From Candidatus Kryptoniota bacterium (GTDB lineage: Bacteria; Bacteroidota; Ignavibacteria; Kryptoniales; JAKASW01): 64,000 bases of DNA. The first letter of the stretch is position 1; the number at the start of each line of letters is the position of its first letter. The notes beneath the pieces were generated by a model, which was not told where the DNA came from, searched no databases, and saw nothing but the letters and a program-made list of their open reading frames with translations. A program made the translations under genes and the position numbers. The stretch lies in the NCBI GenBank assembly GCA_046706745.1, contig JBJKPC010000054.1:15759-79758 (forward strand), in the 5' to 3' direction. Positions 10,171 through 19,817 of this stretch are shown piece by piece.

Positions 10171-10187
10171 GGTTAAACTTTCCCTAT

Positions 10188-10529
10188 TCAGGCAAGATTC
10201 TTGACAGCCTCGTCGACCGAGTTGTACGATTCGAAGATCTGGGTGAGTTTCGTAATCTTGAGCAACTCGAGCACACGTGAACTGACGCTCGCAATCTTCA
10301 GCTCGCCGCCCGCCTGATGGACAGTGTTCAGGCTTGCGATAAGAATTCCCAGTCCGCTGCTATTCACGTGCTCGACGGAGTGCATGTCGATAACAAATTT
10401 CTTCTTCCCCTCGTCGACAAGCTTCCTGACTTCTTCGTTCAAATTCATGGCATCAGGTCCTCCGACGATGTTTCCCTCAATCTCAAAAAGGATGACCCCG
10501 CCTTCAAGCTCTTTTTGCTGCAACCTCAT
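10188..10529 (-). CDS. STAS-domain anti-sigma-factor antagonist (SpoIIAA/RsbV-like)
   Basis: 113 aa; 'FVIDMHSVEHVNSSGLGILIA' carries the conserved phospho-acceptor Ser motif. The start overlaps the secF 3' end by 26 nt. Confidence 0.8.
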   Translation of the reverse strand: MRLQQKELEGGVILFEIEGNIVGGPDAMNLNEEVRKLVDEGKKKFVIDMHSVEHVNSSGLGILIASLNTVHQAGGELKIASVSSRVLELLKITKLTQIFESYNSVDEAVKNLA

Positions 10530-11490
10530 AGGGCCTCTCGATTTCCAGTACAGGGGATTGTTTCTCTCCCAATTTCAGGTCCACCTTCTTGACGTAAATA
10601 TTGTAATCCACAACTATAGCGGACGCTACATATATCGAAGAGTAAGTTCCGGTTACAACTCCCACGAGCATCGCGAAAGCAAACCCTCTCGTTACCTCGC
10701 CGCCGAAAATAAGCAGGACGAGCAGGACTCCGAAAGCTGTGCCCGACGTGATGATCGTACGGCTCAGTGTATCGTTGATGCTACGGTTCATGACACGGAT
10801 CAGATTCTCCCCCTTATATATCTTGAGGTTTTCCCTGATCCTGTCGAAAATAACAACCGTGTCGTTCATTGAATAACCGACGAGTGTAAGGAAGGCAGCG
10901 ACCATCGTCTGGTCAATCTGGAGATTAAGCCATGGGATCAACCATCCGCAGACTGCTACTGCCCCCAACGTGATAAGCACATCGTGGAACAGCGCGGTAA
11001 CCGCACCCACCGCATAGATAAATTGGAACCTGAGTGAGACGTAGATCAAAATGAAGATAAGGCTGTAGAAGATAGCGATAACGGCATCACGCCTCAGCTC
11101 CTTTCCGATTTCCGGACCTATCTTATTGTCCTGCAACATGACAATCTTAGTGTTCGGGAAACTCTTATCGAGCTGGGACAGTATCTCCTGACTGGTGTTG
11201 GTTTTCGATTTGGAAGCCTTCACGCGGATCAACAAATCGTTCGGGGAGCCGAAAGTTTTGATGACTGCATCGCCTTGCCCTATACTGTTCATCGAGGAGC
11301 GAGCAGCCCCGACACTTATCGCAGGATTGAACTGAAGAGTCAATTCCTCGCCTCCGACAAAATCAATACCGTAATTCATTCCACGGATCGCCATCGTAAT
11401 CAGACCAATCACGATGAGGGTTGAAGAAACGGTATACCAGAGGTGCCGTTTGCCGATAAAATCCACGTTAGTTCTTGGGAAAAAACGCAT
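10504..11490 (-). CDS. secF: Protein translocase subunit SecF
   Basis: 'NVDFIGKRHLWY...GIDFVGG...', 'DTVVIFDRIRENL'. ATG 11490 has GGAG 6 nt upstream (the track start at 11493 is TTG). Confidence 0.9.
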   Translation of the reverse strand: MRFFPRTNVDFIGKRHLWYTVSSTLIVIGLITMAIRGMNYGIDFVGGEELTLQFNPAISVGAARSSMNSIGQGDAVIKTFGSPNDLLIRVKASKSKTNTSQEILSQLDKSFPNTKIVMLQDNKIGPEIGKELRRDAVIAIFYSLIFILIYVSLRFQFIYAVGAVTALFHDVLITLGAVAVCGWLIPWLNLQIDQTMVAAFLTLVGYSMNDTVVIFDRIRENLKIYKGENLIRVMNRSINDTLSRTIITSGTAFGVLLVLLIFGGEVTRGFAFAMLVGVVTGTYSSIYVASAIVVDYNIYVKKVDLKLGEKQSPVLEIERPYEVAAKRA

Positions 11491-11564
11491 CAATTCTCCA
11501 ATGTTAAATTCAAAATTCCGAATTCCGAATTGAGAATCCTAAATCCATAATTCAAAATTCCAGC

Positions 11565-13541
11565 CTAGCCGAAGTTAATGCTAGTCGCGCCGCGCTCCAT
11601 CATGATATCGAAGATAACGCGCGTGATGATGATCGCACTGAACAATGAAGCCACGATGCCGATCATCAACGTAAGTGCAAATCCCTGAACGGGGCCGGTC
11701 CCGAACTGGTAAAGGATCGCCCCTGTGAGCAGCGAAATTATATTTGCGTCGAAGATAGCCGTGAAGGCTTTCGAATATCCCTGATCGATGGATGCCCGAA
11801 GGGTCTTGCCGGTTGCCATTTCTTCCCGGATACGCTCATAGATGAGCACATTCGCATCGACCGCCACGGCAATCGTGAGTATCATTCCCGCTATACCCGG
11901 CATGGTCAGCGTTCCGTGGAAAGCCGCCAGTACTCCGAGTATGAAGAAGATGTTGATTAGAAGCGCGAAATCAGCCATGAATCCGCCCGTACGATAGTAG
12001 AAGGCCATGAAGAGAATTATCAGCGCGAGGCCGACAATCCCTGAAGTGATGCCGTTTCGTATGGAGTCTTCTCCAAGCGAAGGACCGACGTTCCGTTCTT
12101 CTACTATATCGACGGGAGCCGGAAGAGCGCCAGCGCGCAACACAATTGCCAGCAGGTTGGCTTCGTCCATGTTTGCCATGCCGGAGATCTGAGAACTCCC
12201 GTTCGGTATTTTCGACCGGACGACAGGCGCAGAATAGACTGCATTATCAAGCTCGATCGCAATCCTCTTCCCGATATTCGCGCCTGTAATCTGTGACCAC
12301 TCCCTTGCACCCTCTGAGTTCATCTGCATATTAACGACAGGCGTATTCGTTTGTGGGTCGATTTGAGCCTGGGCGTTTGTCACGACACTTCCGGTAAGCA
12401 AAGGCGTCTTGTTGACAACATACAGCGCATAGTATTTTTGAGCCTGAGCGGCAATCTCAGGCCTGGCGCTGAAAAGGAATTGGAAATCTGAAGGAATGAC
12501 GCGTTTGACTTCCGGCCGGTTGATTATGCGGTCGAATCTGTCCTTATCGATCTCCGCAACGTATGCGTCTCCAGTCTGTGAACTCATCCTCACGATGGCA
12601 AAGAAAGGATGTTTCTTCGCGAACTCTGCAGGCGATAACGTCGAATCGGCGGGCGAGGTCGTATCGGCCGACGACACAGAATCCGGTTTGCCCGCCATTA
12701 TGTTGTCGATAGCCTGAAAGACTTTTATGACTTCGTCTTCAGGTTGAAGCATTTTGAACTCAAGGAGAGCTGTCCCCTGAAGAAGTTCCCTGACCTCCGT
12801 CTCGTTGCTGACACCCGGAAGTTCTACGATAATCCGGCTGCCTCCCTGCTTCTGTATTGTTGGCTCAGACACACCGTACTGGTCGACGCGGTTCCTCACG
12901 ATTTCCATGGCCCTGTCGACGGCGGTCTTCGTCTGATCACTCAGATAAGACATCACCTGTCCGTTATCGTCCCGGATATCGCCGTAGTATCTGCTGAGTC
13001 GGATGTTGTTCTTTGTGAATTCCTGATCAAGCGCCGTCAATGGATCCACGCCGTTATCTTTCACATCGGCAGCGACCTGTTTGAAGATCTTGTCGAATGT
13101 CTGGTCCTTATTCTTTGCCATGTCCTGAAGCATCCGCAGGACGTCAACCTGCAATACTATATGCATTCCGCCCTGCAGGTCCAGGCCGAGCTTGATCCTT
13201 TTCAGTTTGGCGGAGTTGATCTGTTTGGCATGTGCATCGTAATACTTCAGGCTGTCTGCAGAAAACGCCCGATCAAGGCTGTCGACATAAGCAGTTTTGA
13301 CAGAATCCGGCATCGATCGAAAAGGATGAGTCTTCAAGTAAGAATCAAGCTTGGTCTGCCCGGATAACTCGTTCAATTTCTTACTGTATACCCCACTCTG
13401 ATAGGTCGGATACAGGTAGTATAGCGTTAGCGCTATGGCAGCAATAATGAGGACGATCTTAAAGCGATTCTTTCGCAAAAAAAAATCCCTCCGGAGTTTG
13501 AAATTAGAAATCCCGAACACATACGGGAGTTTGCCCCTCAT
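11565..13541 (-). CDS. secD: Protein translocase subunit SecD
   Basis: 'LGLDLQGGMHIVLQVD', 'VELPGV...', 'DANVLIYERIREE'; 658 aa. Confidence 0.9.
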   Translation of the reverse strand: MRGKLPYVFGISNFKLRRDFFLRKNRFKIVLIIAAIALTLYYLYPTYQSGVYSKKLNELSGQTKLDSYLKTHPFRSMPDSVKTAYVDSLDRAFSADSLKYYDAHAKQINSAKLKRIKLGLDLQGGMHIVLQVDVLRMLQDMAKNKDQTFDKIFKQVAADVKDNGVDPLTALDQEFTKNNIRLSRYYGDIRDDNGQVMSYLSDQTKTAVDRAMEIVRNRVDQYGVSEPTIQKQGGSRIIVELPGVSNETEVRELLQGTALLEFKMLQPEDEVIKVFQAIDNIMAGKPDSVSSADTTSPADSTLSPAEFAKKHPFFAIVRMSSQTGDAYVAEIDKDRFDRIINRPEVKRVIPSDFQFLFSARPEIAAQAQKYYALYVVNKTPLLTGSVVTNAQAQIDPQTNTPVVNMQMNSEGAREWSQITGANIGKRIAIELDNAVYSAPVVRSKIPNGSSQISGMANMDEANLLAIVLRAGALPAPVDIVEERNVGPSLGEDSIRNGITSGIVGLALIILFMAFYYRTGGFMADFALLINIFFILGVLAAFHGTLTMPGIAGMILTIAVAVDANVLIYERIREEMATGKTLRASIDQGYSKAFTAIFDANIISLLTGAILYQFGTGPVQGFALTLMIGIVASLFSAIIITRVIFDIMMERGATSINFG

Positions 13542-13785
13542 CGGGGGGCCTGCCGGAGATCACGCCAAGTGAAACGCCCGACAAAACCGCATCCAATATA
13601 TCAACCGGTAGAGTCAAAATCAATTTATCGTGAGGAAACGACCGCGAGATACGGTGACAACGTCGGAAATCCGCTCCCAATGTCACGAATCCCCAGCTTA
13701 GGATGCTTCGCCACTCGGAAGGACCTTTCTGACAAGTATTATTCCGCAAATCAAAAGAATAGACGAACAACTCGCCCCCTTATTC

Positions 13786-14250
13786 CTATTGGGAACTGTG
13801 GCCATCATTTGCCTTCAGTTGTTCCAAGTGATGTTCCAAGTGTTGCACATATTCTTTTATCAATTCCTGTAGGGTCGTCGGTTCTTCCTCGGCGATCTTA
13901 CACCGAATCGCGAGCTTCTCGGGGGGCAAATCCGCGATTACGTGTGCAAGGTGAAGGTTATAGGCACTCCATAGATCAACAAGCAATCTCCAACTCTCAT
14001 CCCCGTACGCCTGCACGCGAACCCAGTCCGTTTGGACGTAAGAAGGGAACTCAAGCCTATCGTCAAGCAAAGCCCTGACAAATCTCTGGTGATGGTTGCT
14101 CGCCGAATCTATCAGATGCCCCAGAATCTCTTTCCTACTCCATTTACCTTCCACAACCGGTTTGCTGACATCCTGTTCTTTCATTGCCGCGAGCCTTCCG
14201 TGCTCGCGCTCCTCGATGGTCAATATAACCTCACTATAGTCGGACAGCAT
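13786..14250 (-). CDS. DinB-superfamily protein
   Basis: 'WSRKEILGHLIDSASNHHQRFVRA' ... 'AYNLHLAHVI' ... 'YVQHLEHHLEQL' gives a His-triad four-helix pattern. Confidence 0.7.
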   Translation of the reverse strand: MLSDYSEVILTIEEREHGRLAAMKEQDVSKPVVEGKWSRKEILGHLIDSASNHHQRFVRALLDDRLEFPSYVQTDWVRVQAYGDESWRLLVDLWSAYNLHLAHVIADLPPEKLAIRCKIAEEEPTTLQELIKEYVQHLEHHLEQLKANDGHSSQ

Positions 14251-14549
14251 GCTTCCTCCTTTTTAGGTTCATGAGACAAGGGGTGGACGATCTGCTCTTC
14301 CGGGATCCTAGGTAATCAGGGCGGATCAGGAAGATCTCAAAGGGAAAAACTATACGTAACGATGGCACCGATCCTCCCAGTATCATGAGTTCAACTCCTA
14401 TCAGGGATCCGGGTAGCCTCCGCCAGCTGATATGCTGTCCGGCTGAAACCGACGCCCTCTCTGAAGATGGCGGGTTCTCCCGCACAAAGATCGGACACAT
14501 GAGGAACACTCGTTGTCCTTCCTTCCAGGGATGGCTCGATGCAAATCCC

Positions 14550-14939
14550 TCAGAGCTTCAACTTGCAGAACTCTGAAAGGGATCTAACAGCCGCCTCGAA
14601 GCTTTCTGTTTTCACGAGGAGGTAGTCTGTGTCGTATGTCGATAGAGTGAATACACTTATTCCCTCCGCTGCGAGTGGACCTGTAAGCGATGCGATAACC
14701 CCTGTCATCGAAAGATCCAGCGGCCCTTCTACCTTGAAAGCCCGCCATCCTTTGGCGGCTATGGCGTCGCCCGGCACGATGGACTCATCACATACTATCG
14801 AGATTTCCTCAGATGTGGCAGTTATCGAAATGAATTGGGAATCGCTCAAAGCCCATTCAGGTATGGGCACTTTCTTCTCCAGCCTGCAAATTGCGAGCGT
14901 TTGAGGGAGTACAGAGAGGACGAGTCCTGGCTGGCTCAT
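14550..14939 (-). CDS. ACT-domain protein (ACT_7/CASTOR-like)
   Basis: 'LVLSVLPQTLAICRLE...ISITATSEEISIVC...WRAFKVEGPLDLSMTGVIASLTGPLAAEGISVFTLSTYDTDYLLV'. Start moved to ATG 14939. Confidence 0.6.
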   Translation of the reverse strand: MSQPGLVLSVLPQTLAICRLEKKVPIPEWALSDSQFISITATSEEISIVCDESIVPGDAIAAKGWRAFKVEGPLDLSMTGVIASLTGPLAAEGISVFTLSTYDTDYLLVKTESFEAAVRSLSEFCKLKL

Positions 14940-14987
14940 TACCCAAACGATTCCAAATCCTGCCATGGTTTTCTCATCGGCAGGCTT

Positions 14988-17075
14988 TCAGTCATTTTGG
15001 CCTAGGCGGTCGACCGCCAATCCAGTCGCGCGGAACAAAGCATCGGGACTCACCGGAGAGCCGGTTGCATGTTTCATCCATACAACTGGAGAGACCCTGC
15101 CATAGGTGGCCATGCGCTCAAACTCATTTCCAACATTCCCTGCTTTCCTCATTTGCTCTTCTATCTGGTAGGCAATGATGTGCCCGATCGGGTAGTCCGG
15201 CAGATAGAGAAAACTATCGATCAAGTGCGAATAGATAGCCAGCAGAACGACATCCCTGACCTTGAAGACAGGGGCATAGTACCTGTTCCAGACTTCTTTT
15301 GCTGTCCGGATCACCGCGTTTCTTAGTTCGGCTGGCTTCGCATCCTCGTGTTCGTACATCCAATGCCAGACCGCCATATCGACCAACGCTACTCCCGCAA
15401 TTTCGTAAGTTGCCCAGAAGTCGTTCAGAACTTTCAGTGCTTCCGCTTCTGGATCATGGCTCTTCAAGCCAAGAAGCTCCAGATCACGCCCCTGAAAGGC
15501 AAAGGCGAAGGCTTCGGTGAATGCTGTATTGGGAACACCTTGCAGCAAAGTATGGTCTACATAATTGAGCGACAAAGTCTGTTCGACGTTGTGGCCCATC
15601 TCGTGAACTGCAATATTGTACCCCTTGTAGTCCATTCCTCCATTTCCGACGCGTGTTCTCAGGTGCGCTTTGGCAGATCTCATCGCCGCACCCCAGGCAT
15701 GACCTGAACCGCGCGCCGGGTCGACTATGATGTTGTCCGCGATGGCAACGGCGCGTTCTCGATCAAAGCCGAGTTGCCGAAGGATTACCGGGATACTGTC
15801 TTTATAAGCTTGAGCCGTAGGAAATTTTTCAGCGACGATCGAATCAAGATAAACACGATCGTATTTCCCGTCTCCTCTGAAACCATCATACCAGATGTCG
15901 AAAGGTTCGAGCGGACGGCCGAGGCGTTTTGTAATCAATGCGGCAACGCGAGGGACGAGGGGCGAAGAGACTACTTTCTCCAACATAGCTTTTGCTTCGG
16001 CCTCCGGTATTTCGCGGCCCTCCTCGAACCGCCTGGCCATCAATGTCGGAGAGGCCGGCGAATACTTGTCGACAAGTCGTGAGGCATAAAAAGTCCCGAG
16101 CAACATCGAATATCTCGTATCCGGTTCTCTTTGCGGGTTCGCCTCGGTCTCCTTTACAAGGTATTCATCCGTATCGCTTACCGCAGAACTCGTCACTTCA
16201 TTGGTAAACGGATCCCAGTCCAACCCCGGATTATCAACCACTGCAGCCGGGATGGTCTGGGTCACGATTCGTTCCATCACCTTCTGAATCATCCGTTGTT
16301 TCTCAAGACCGAGTGATGAATCGCCGTAGTCGGCCTTTATTTCATCGCGGATATTCCAGTGAGAAAGCAGTCTCATCCCCCGGGGAAAGAGTCGTTCTCC
16401 CTTATCATTCACAAGGTGATGCATCCAGATATTGTAACCCGATATGTATTGTTCAGCCTGTGAGGCAGCTCTGGAAAGCTCAAGCATGACATCAGCGGGG
16501 ATTCGCGTGTCAAAAAATTGAGTAAGACGAGCTTCAGCCCATTGGCGGCGAGACCAGCCGGGCCCATCCCTCAACCGCTCCTCCAGCGTAGTCATGGGAA
16601 AATTCAACAGAACTACAAAGGCGAGTTTATTGTGAAAGAAGTCGTCCTGAATGTGCGCCGCCGGATCGTACTCCGCAAAGACACCGTCGAACGGATACGA
16701 CTTGCCGGCGTCGAGATCGGTCTGCGCCCGGAACTCCCGTGAGATTTCAACCATGTGTCCGTCCAGCTTCTCCAGCAGAGCCTCGAAGCGGTTGAAGATC
16801 GCATCAAGAGTTCGGGGGTCGCGAGCGAAATTGGCCAGAGCGAACGCCTTGAAGACATCTTCGTTGCCGTCTTGTTCGCGCCAGAAAGCGGCCACCTGCC
16901 CCAGCCCGCGCTCAAGTCGCTCTCGTTGCTCCCCGTTCAATTCGGGGTTCACTTCCGATTTCACTGCCGAGATCGCCGCGTCCAACCACTTTGGCTGAGT
17001 TGTCTGCGATGATGCAGAAGGGACGAAGACAAACGCAGCCAGTGTGATCAGAGATAAGACTGATACTGATTTCAT
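14988..17075 (-). CDS. Secreted zinc metallopeptidase, gluzincin (HEMGH...E; M2/M3-like)
   Basis: Signal peptide MKSVSVLSLITLAAFVFVPSASSQ. 'AVHEMGHNVEQ' plus 'GVPNTAFTEAFAF' 26 residues later resembles the ACE-type HEMGH-x(23-26)-E arrangement. Confidence 0.6.
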   Translation of the reverse strand: MKSVSVLSLITLAAFVFVPSASSQTTQPKWLDAAISAVKSEVNPELNGEQRERLERGLGQVAAFWREQDGNEDVFKAFALANFARDPRTLDAIFNRFEALLEKLDGHMVEISREFRAQTDLDAGKSYPFDGVFAEYDPAAHIQDDFFHNKLAFVVLLNFPMTTLEERLRDGPGWSRRQWAEARLTQFFDTRIPADVMLELSRAASQAEQYISGYNIWMHHLVNDKGERLFPRGMRLLSHWNIRDEIKADYGDSSLGLEKQRMIQKVMERIVTQTIPAAVVDNPGLDWDPFTNEVTSSAVSDTDEYLVKETEANPQREPDTRYSMLLGTFYASRLVDKYSPASPTLMARRFEEGREIPEAEAKAMLEKVVSSPLVPRVAALITKRLGRPLEPFDIWYDGFRGDGKYDRVYLDSIVAEKFPTAQAYKDSIPVILRQLGFDRERAVAIADNIIVDPARGSGHAWGAAMRSAKAHLRTRVGNGGMDYKGYNIAVHEMGHNVEQTLSLNYVDHTLLQGVPNTAFTEAFAFAFQGRDLELLGLKSHDPEAEALKVLNDFWATYEIAGVALVDMAVWHWMYEHEDAKPAELRNAVIRTAKEVWNRYYAPVFKVRDVVLLAIYSHLIDSFLYLPDYPIGHIIAYQIEEQMRKAGNVGNEFERMATYGRVSPVVWMKHATGSPVSPDALFRATGLAVDRLGQND

Positions 17076-17452
17076 AACGACTTCCCTTTCTGATGGCCAT
17101 CAAAAGAACTTTTGCGGGCCAAAGATCGCCTGAGCCGCAGGCCGACCAGCCGAATGGTAATTCGAAGTTGAAGGTTCTACTCGAAAAGGTCGCCGAGCAA
17201 CCACAGAATTTGTTCGGCGTTGAATGGGGGAATGGTATCAGAGCAGGGCACGGTAGCCCGGACTTCACAACAAGCTCTTCACAAACGCGTCTTCCGATTG
17301 CGGTCTTTGGCAGCGACCGGTCGCCTGATTTAGCCTGCATTAGTTTCCGGAGGCGGTTGGACGCCTCCGGATCTGGTTAGGAATACCTGAATCGTTCGCT
17401 CTCCCGCACCGCCCAGAGGGGGCTGCGGGTTAAGCATCTACTTACGGACGGA

Positions 17453-17475
17453 GGAAAGAAGCCGGCGCTTCTTCC
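17453..17475 (-). terminator. Candidate terminator hairpin after the RRM gene
   Basis: AAGAAGC-GCCG-GCTTCTT stem-loop about 20 nt after the stop. The U-tract is weak (TTCTTTCC). Confidence 0.3.
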
Positions 17476-17495
17476 AACGCTGCCGGTTCACCTAC

Positions 17496-17816
17496 TTAAA
17501 ACTTCCGGCGACCGCCTCCCCCGAAATCACCGCCGCGGCGAGGGCCTCCCCTGCCGCCGCCACGCCGATCATCAGTCCGCGGGCGAGCTTCATTGACGTT
17601 AAGAGCTCTCCCCTTCAGCTCTTTCCCGTTTAATCCGGAAATCGCTGCTTCAGCTTCTTCCTTCACTGGCATTTCCACAAAAGCAAAGCCACGGTATTCT
17701 CCCGTGAACTTGTCTTTTATTATGTTGACGCTCGAAACCTGCCCGAATTCGGCGAACGCTTCTCGCAGTTCATCCTCACTCAGATCCCTTGATATGTTGC
17801 CGATGTAGATGTTCAT
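17496..17816 (-). CDS. RRM-type RNA-binding protein with Arg/Gly-rich tail
   Basis: RNP2 'IYIGNI', RNP1 'RGFAFVEM', C-terminal 'RRGGGRGGPRRGGDFGGGGRR'. Confidence 0.85.
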   Translation of the reverse strand: MNIYIGNISRDLSEDELREAFAEFGQVSSVNIIKDKFTGEYRGFAFVEMPVKEEAEAAISGLNGKELKGRALNVNEARPRTDDRRGGGRGGPRRGGDFGGGGRRKF

Positions 17817-18149
17817 CTTTACTCCTCACTTATTGGATGATAACAAAATTATCCCACGCGTCCATCTGGGAAACAAAAGATACAAACGGGAAACCACTCT
17901 GACCAGTCATGTTGTGTGAGGCGCGAAGAGGACCCATCTCGAGTAGATTCGCTCATAAATCGTTACGCCTCTAGGAGGGCGCAGTTCGACTGATCTCATC
18001 GTCAACCCTTTCGCCCATGATAAACAATTTCCGTTCAACTAACAAATGTTTTTCACACGACCACCATGTCCTCGAATGGGATCGCAAATCCGAGCCCGTA
18101 CCTTCAATACAGTAGGTTAAAAATTGTTCGTTTTTGGCTAAATTTAGGG

Positions 18150-18935
18150 ATGAAAAAGAAGCCATTAATCCTTGTGTCAAACGACGACGGGATCGATGCG
18201 CCGGGGCTGCACACTCTTGTAAATTCTCTGAGGAGAATCGCGAGGGTCACCGTGGTTGCACCTACTATCCAGCAGAGCGCCGTTGGACATGCCATAACTG
18301 TCAGGACTCCCTTGAGGGCATACAAGTTTCATCGACATGGTGCTCTCTTCGGGTACGCGGTCGACGGCACTCCAGCCGATTGCGTGAAACTCGGGATCAG
18401 ATCTCTCTTGAAAGAGAAACCGGATCTCGTCGTGTCGGGAATCAACGACGGGCTCAATACCGCGGTCAACGTAATCTACTCGGGGACGGTTAGCGCCGCG
18501 ACCGAAGGCACTATCCTGGGCATTCCTTCCATTTCGATCTCACTCGAGTATACAAAGAAACCGAACTTCGAGCCCGCTGCAAAGGTGGCGATGATGTTTG
18601 CCAAGTTCGTCCTCCAAAACGGACTACCGGAAGATACAGTCTTGAACGTCAACGTTCCGGCTATCCCTGCGGGCAAGATAAAAGGAATAAAGTATACTCG
18701 GCAGGGACGGTCGAGATGGGACGATGAATTCTACCAAAGGAAGGATCCGAAAAACAAGGATTACTACTGGCTCGCCGGGACTATGCGTATCCTTGATCGG
18801 GGAGAAGATGTCGACCAGCTGGCTTTGAAGCAAGGATTTGTATCAGTGACGCCCATCCATTTCGACCTGACTCATTACCAGTACCTGGAGATGATGCGGC
18901 TGGAATGGAACGGGAAGTTCAAGCTGAAGCTGTGA
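18150..18935 (+). CDS. surE: 5'/3'-nucleotidase SurE
   Basis: 'ILVSNDDGIDAPGL', 'SGINDGLN...YSGTVSAATEG'. Start moved to ATG 18150 (MKKKPLILVSNDDG). Confidence 0.9.
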   Translation: MKKKPLILVSNDDGIDAPGLHTLVNSLRRIARVTVVAPTIQQSAVGHAITVRTPLRAYKFHRHGALFGYAVDGTPADCVKLGIRSLLKEKPDLVVSGINDGLNTAVNVIYSGTVSAATEGTILGIPSISISLEYTKKPNFEPAAKVAMMFAKFVLQNGLPEDTVLNVNVPAIPAGKIKGIKYTRQGRSRWDDEFYQRKDPKNKDYYWLAGTMRILDRGEDVDQLALKQGFVSVTPIHFDLTHYQYLEMMRLEWNGKFKLKL

Positions 18936-19159
18936 AGGTAAATGAAATAATCTCCGGAAGGCCCTCCGCGGAATTGTGACCGGAGGGTGATCCATGCTCT
19001 CCCGATTCGAAGGTGGGCCTGACAGGAATCTCGAGGATCGTTTTTTCCAACAACATGTCCGCTCTTCTCGGATCTCATGAACGAAGTAAGACTCCCACTC
19101 GTGTCATTCGCCGATACGTGACGGGAATGGTTCGCGATCCGGCGTTCGGCCGGCGGACG

Positions 19160-19564
19160 TTACTCGACTATCCTTATCTCGTGAGTGACCTTCGCCTTCA
19201 GCGACGCAGCAACTGAGCAGTACTTCTCCTGAGACAATGAAACGGCATGCTCAGCATCGCTCTGGTTGACATTACCGTGTATCGTGTAGACGATATGTAT
19301 GCCAGTAAAAACTTTGGGATGCTCGACGGCTCGCTCGCCGGTTACCTCGAGCTCCAACTTCCGCATGTCCGCCCTTTTCTTTTTCAGTATAGACTCGACG
19401 TCCATGGCGGTGCACCCCGCAAGGCCGATCAGAACAAGTTCCATCGGCGCGGTACCTGCGGCGCTGCCGTCTGAGTTAACGGAGGTATCGACCGGGACCC
19501 AGTGATTCGATTCTCCCTTACCTACATAGCTGTTTCCCTGGACTTGCTTAAGCTCTATTTTCAT
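19160..19564 (-). CDS. OsmC/Ohr family protein
   Basis: 'PMELVLIGLAGCTAMDV' ... 'EKYCSVAASL' supplies the two conserved Cys. ATG 19564 is preferred over TTG 19570. Confidence 0.8.
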   Translation of the reverse strand: MKIELKQVQGNSYVGKGESNHWVPVDTSVNSDGSAAGTAPMELVLIGLAGCTAMDVESILKKKRADMRKLELEVTGERAVEHPKVFTGIHIVYTIHGNVNQSDAEHAVSLSQEKYCSVAASLKAKVTHEIRIVE

Positions 19565-19588
19565 TCCCAAATACTCCGCTCCATTTTT

Positions 19589-19765
19589 CTACTTTCCGCC
19601 GACCGCGAGGATAATGCCGAGAGCCGCGAAAAAAACCGTACTTATCCTGGGGTTGCAGAGAATGGGGCAAGCGCCGAATGTTCTGGACTCGAAGAATCTT
19701 CCGATAAGAAATCCGACGATTGCCCCGCCGAGCCCGCCGATCACTGCAAGAAGATATGAACTCAT
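19589..19765 (-). CDS. 58-aa membrane protein with 'CPI..NP.IST' motif (paralog of 21023-21226)
   Basis: Below the ORF-track size cutoff; translated by hand: MSSYLLAVIGGLGGAIVGFLIGRFFESRTFGACPILCNPRISTVFFAALGIILAVGGK. Two hydrophobic helices flank the conserved core that is shared with the 67-aa ORF at 21023-21226. Confidence 0.5.
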   Translation of the reverse strand: MSSYLLAVIGGLGGAIVGFLIGRFFESRTFGACPILCNPRISTVFFAALGIILAVGGK

Positions 19766-19817
19766 CAGGTCAGTGCCGGAATAACTGAAAACACCCGTGG
19801 TGTTACGGTCGCCGGGA

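Noticed and set aside
11491-11564. AT-rich secD-secF spacer with iterated GAATTC-like units (..aaattcaaaattccgaattccgaattgagaatcc..aattcaaaattcc..). It was considered as a micro-tandem repeat or binding array.
   Set aside because: Only about two imperfect 7-nt units are present. It looks like low-complexity spacer, and no comparable array exists elsewhere in the window.
14251-14549. 300-bp gap between the DinB-like and ACT genes containing 63-aa (+) and 91-aa (-) ORFs. It was checked for a missed gene.
   Set aside because: Neither translation shows motifs or plausible composition, and I could identify no RNA structure signature. It is left unannotated.
17245-17270. Minus-strand 'GTGAAGTCCGGGCTACC' resembles the RNase P RNA CR-I/P4 motif (GAGGAAAGUCCGGGCUCC) inside a 420-nt non-coding gap.
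   Set aside because: No partner P4 3' strand (ACAGAACCCGGCUUA-like) or other conserved RNase P blocks exist in the remaining roughly 200 nt before the next gene. The similarity is an 11-12 nt chance-level match.
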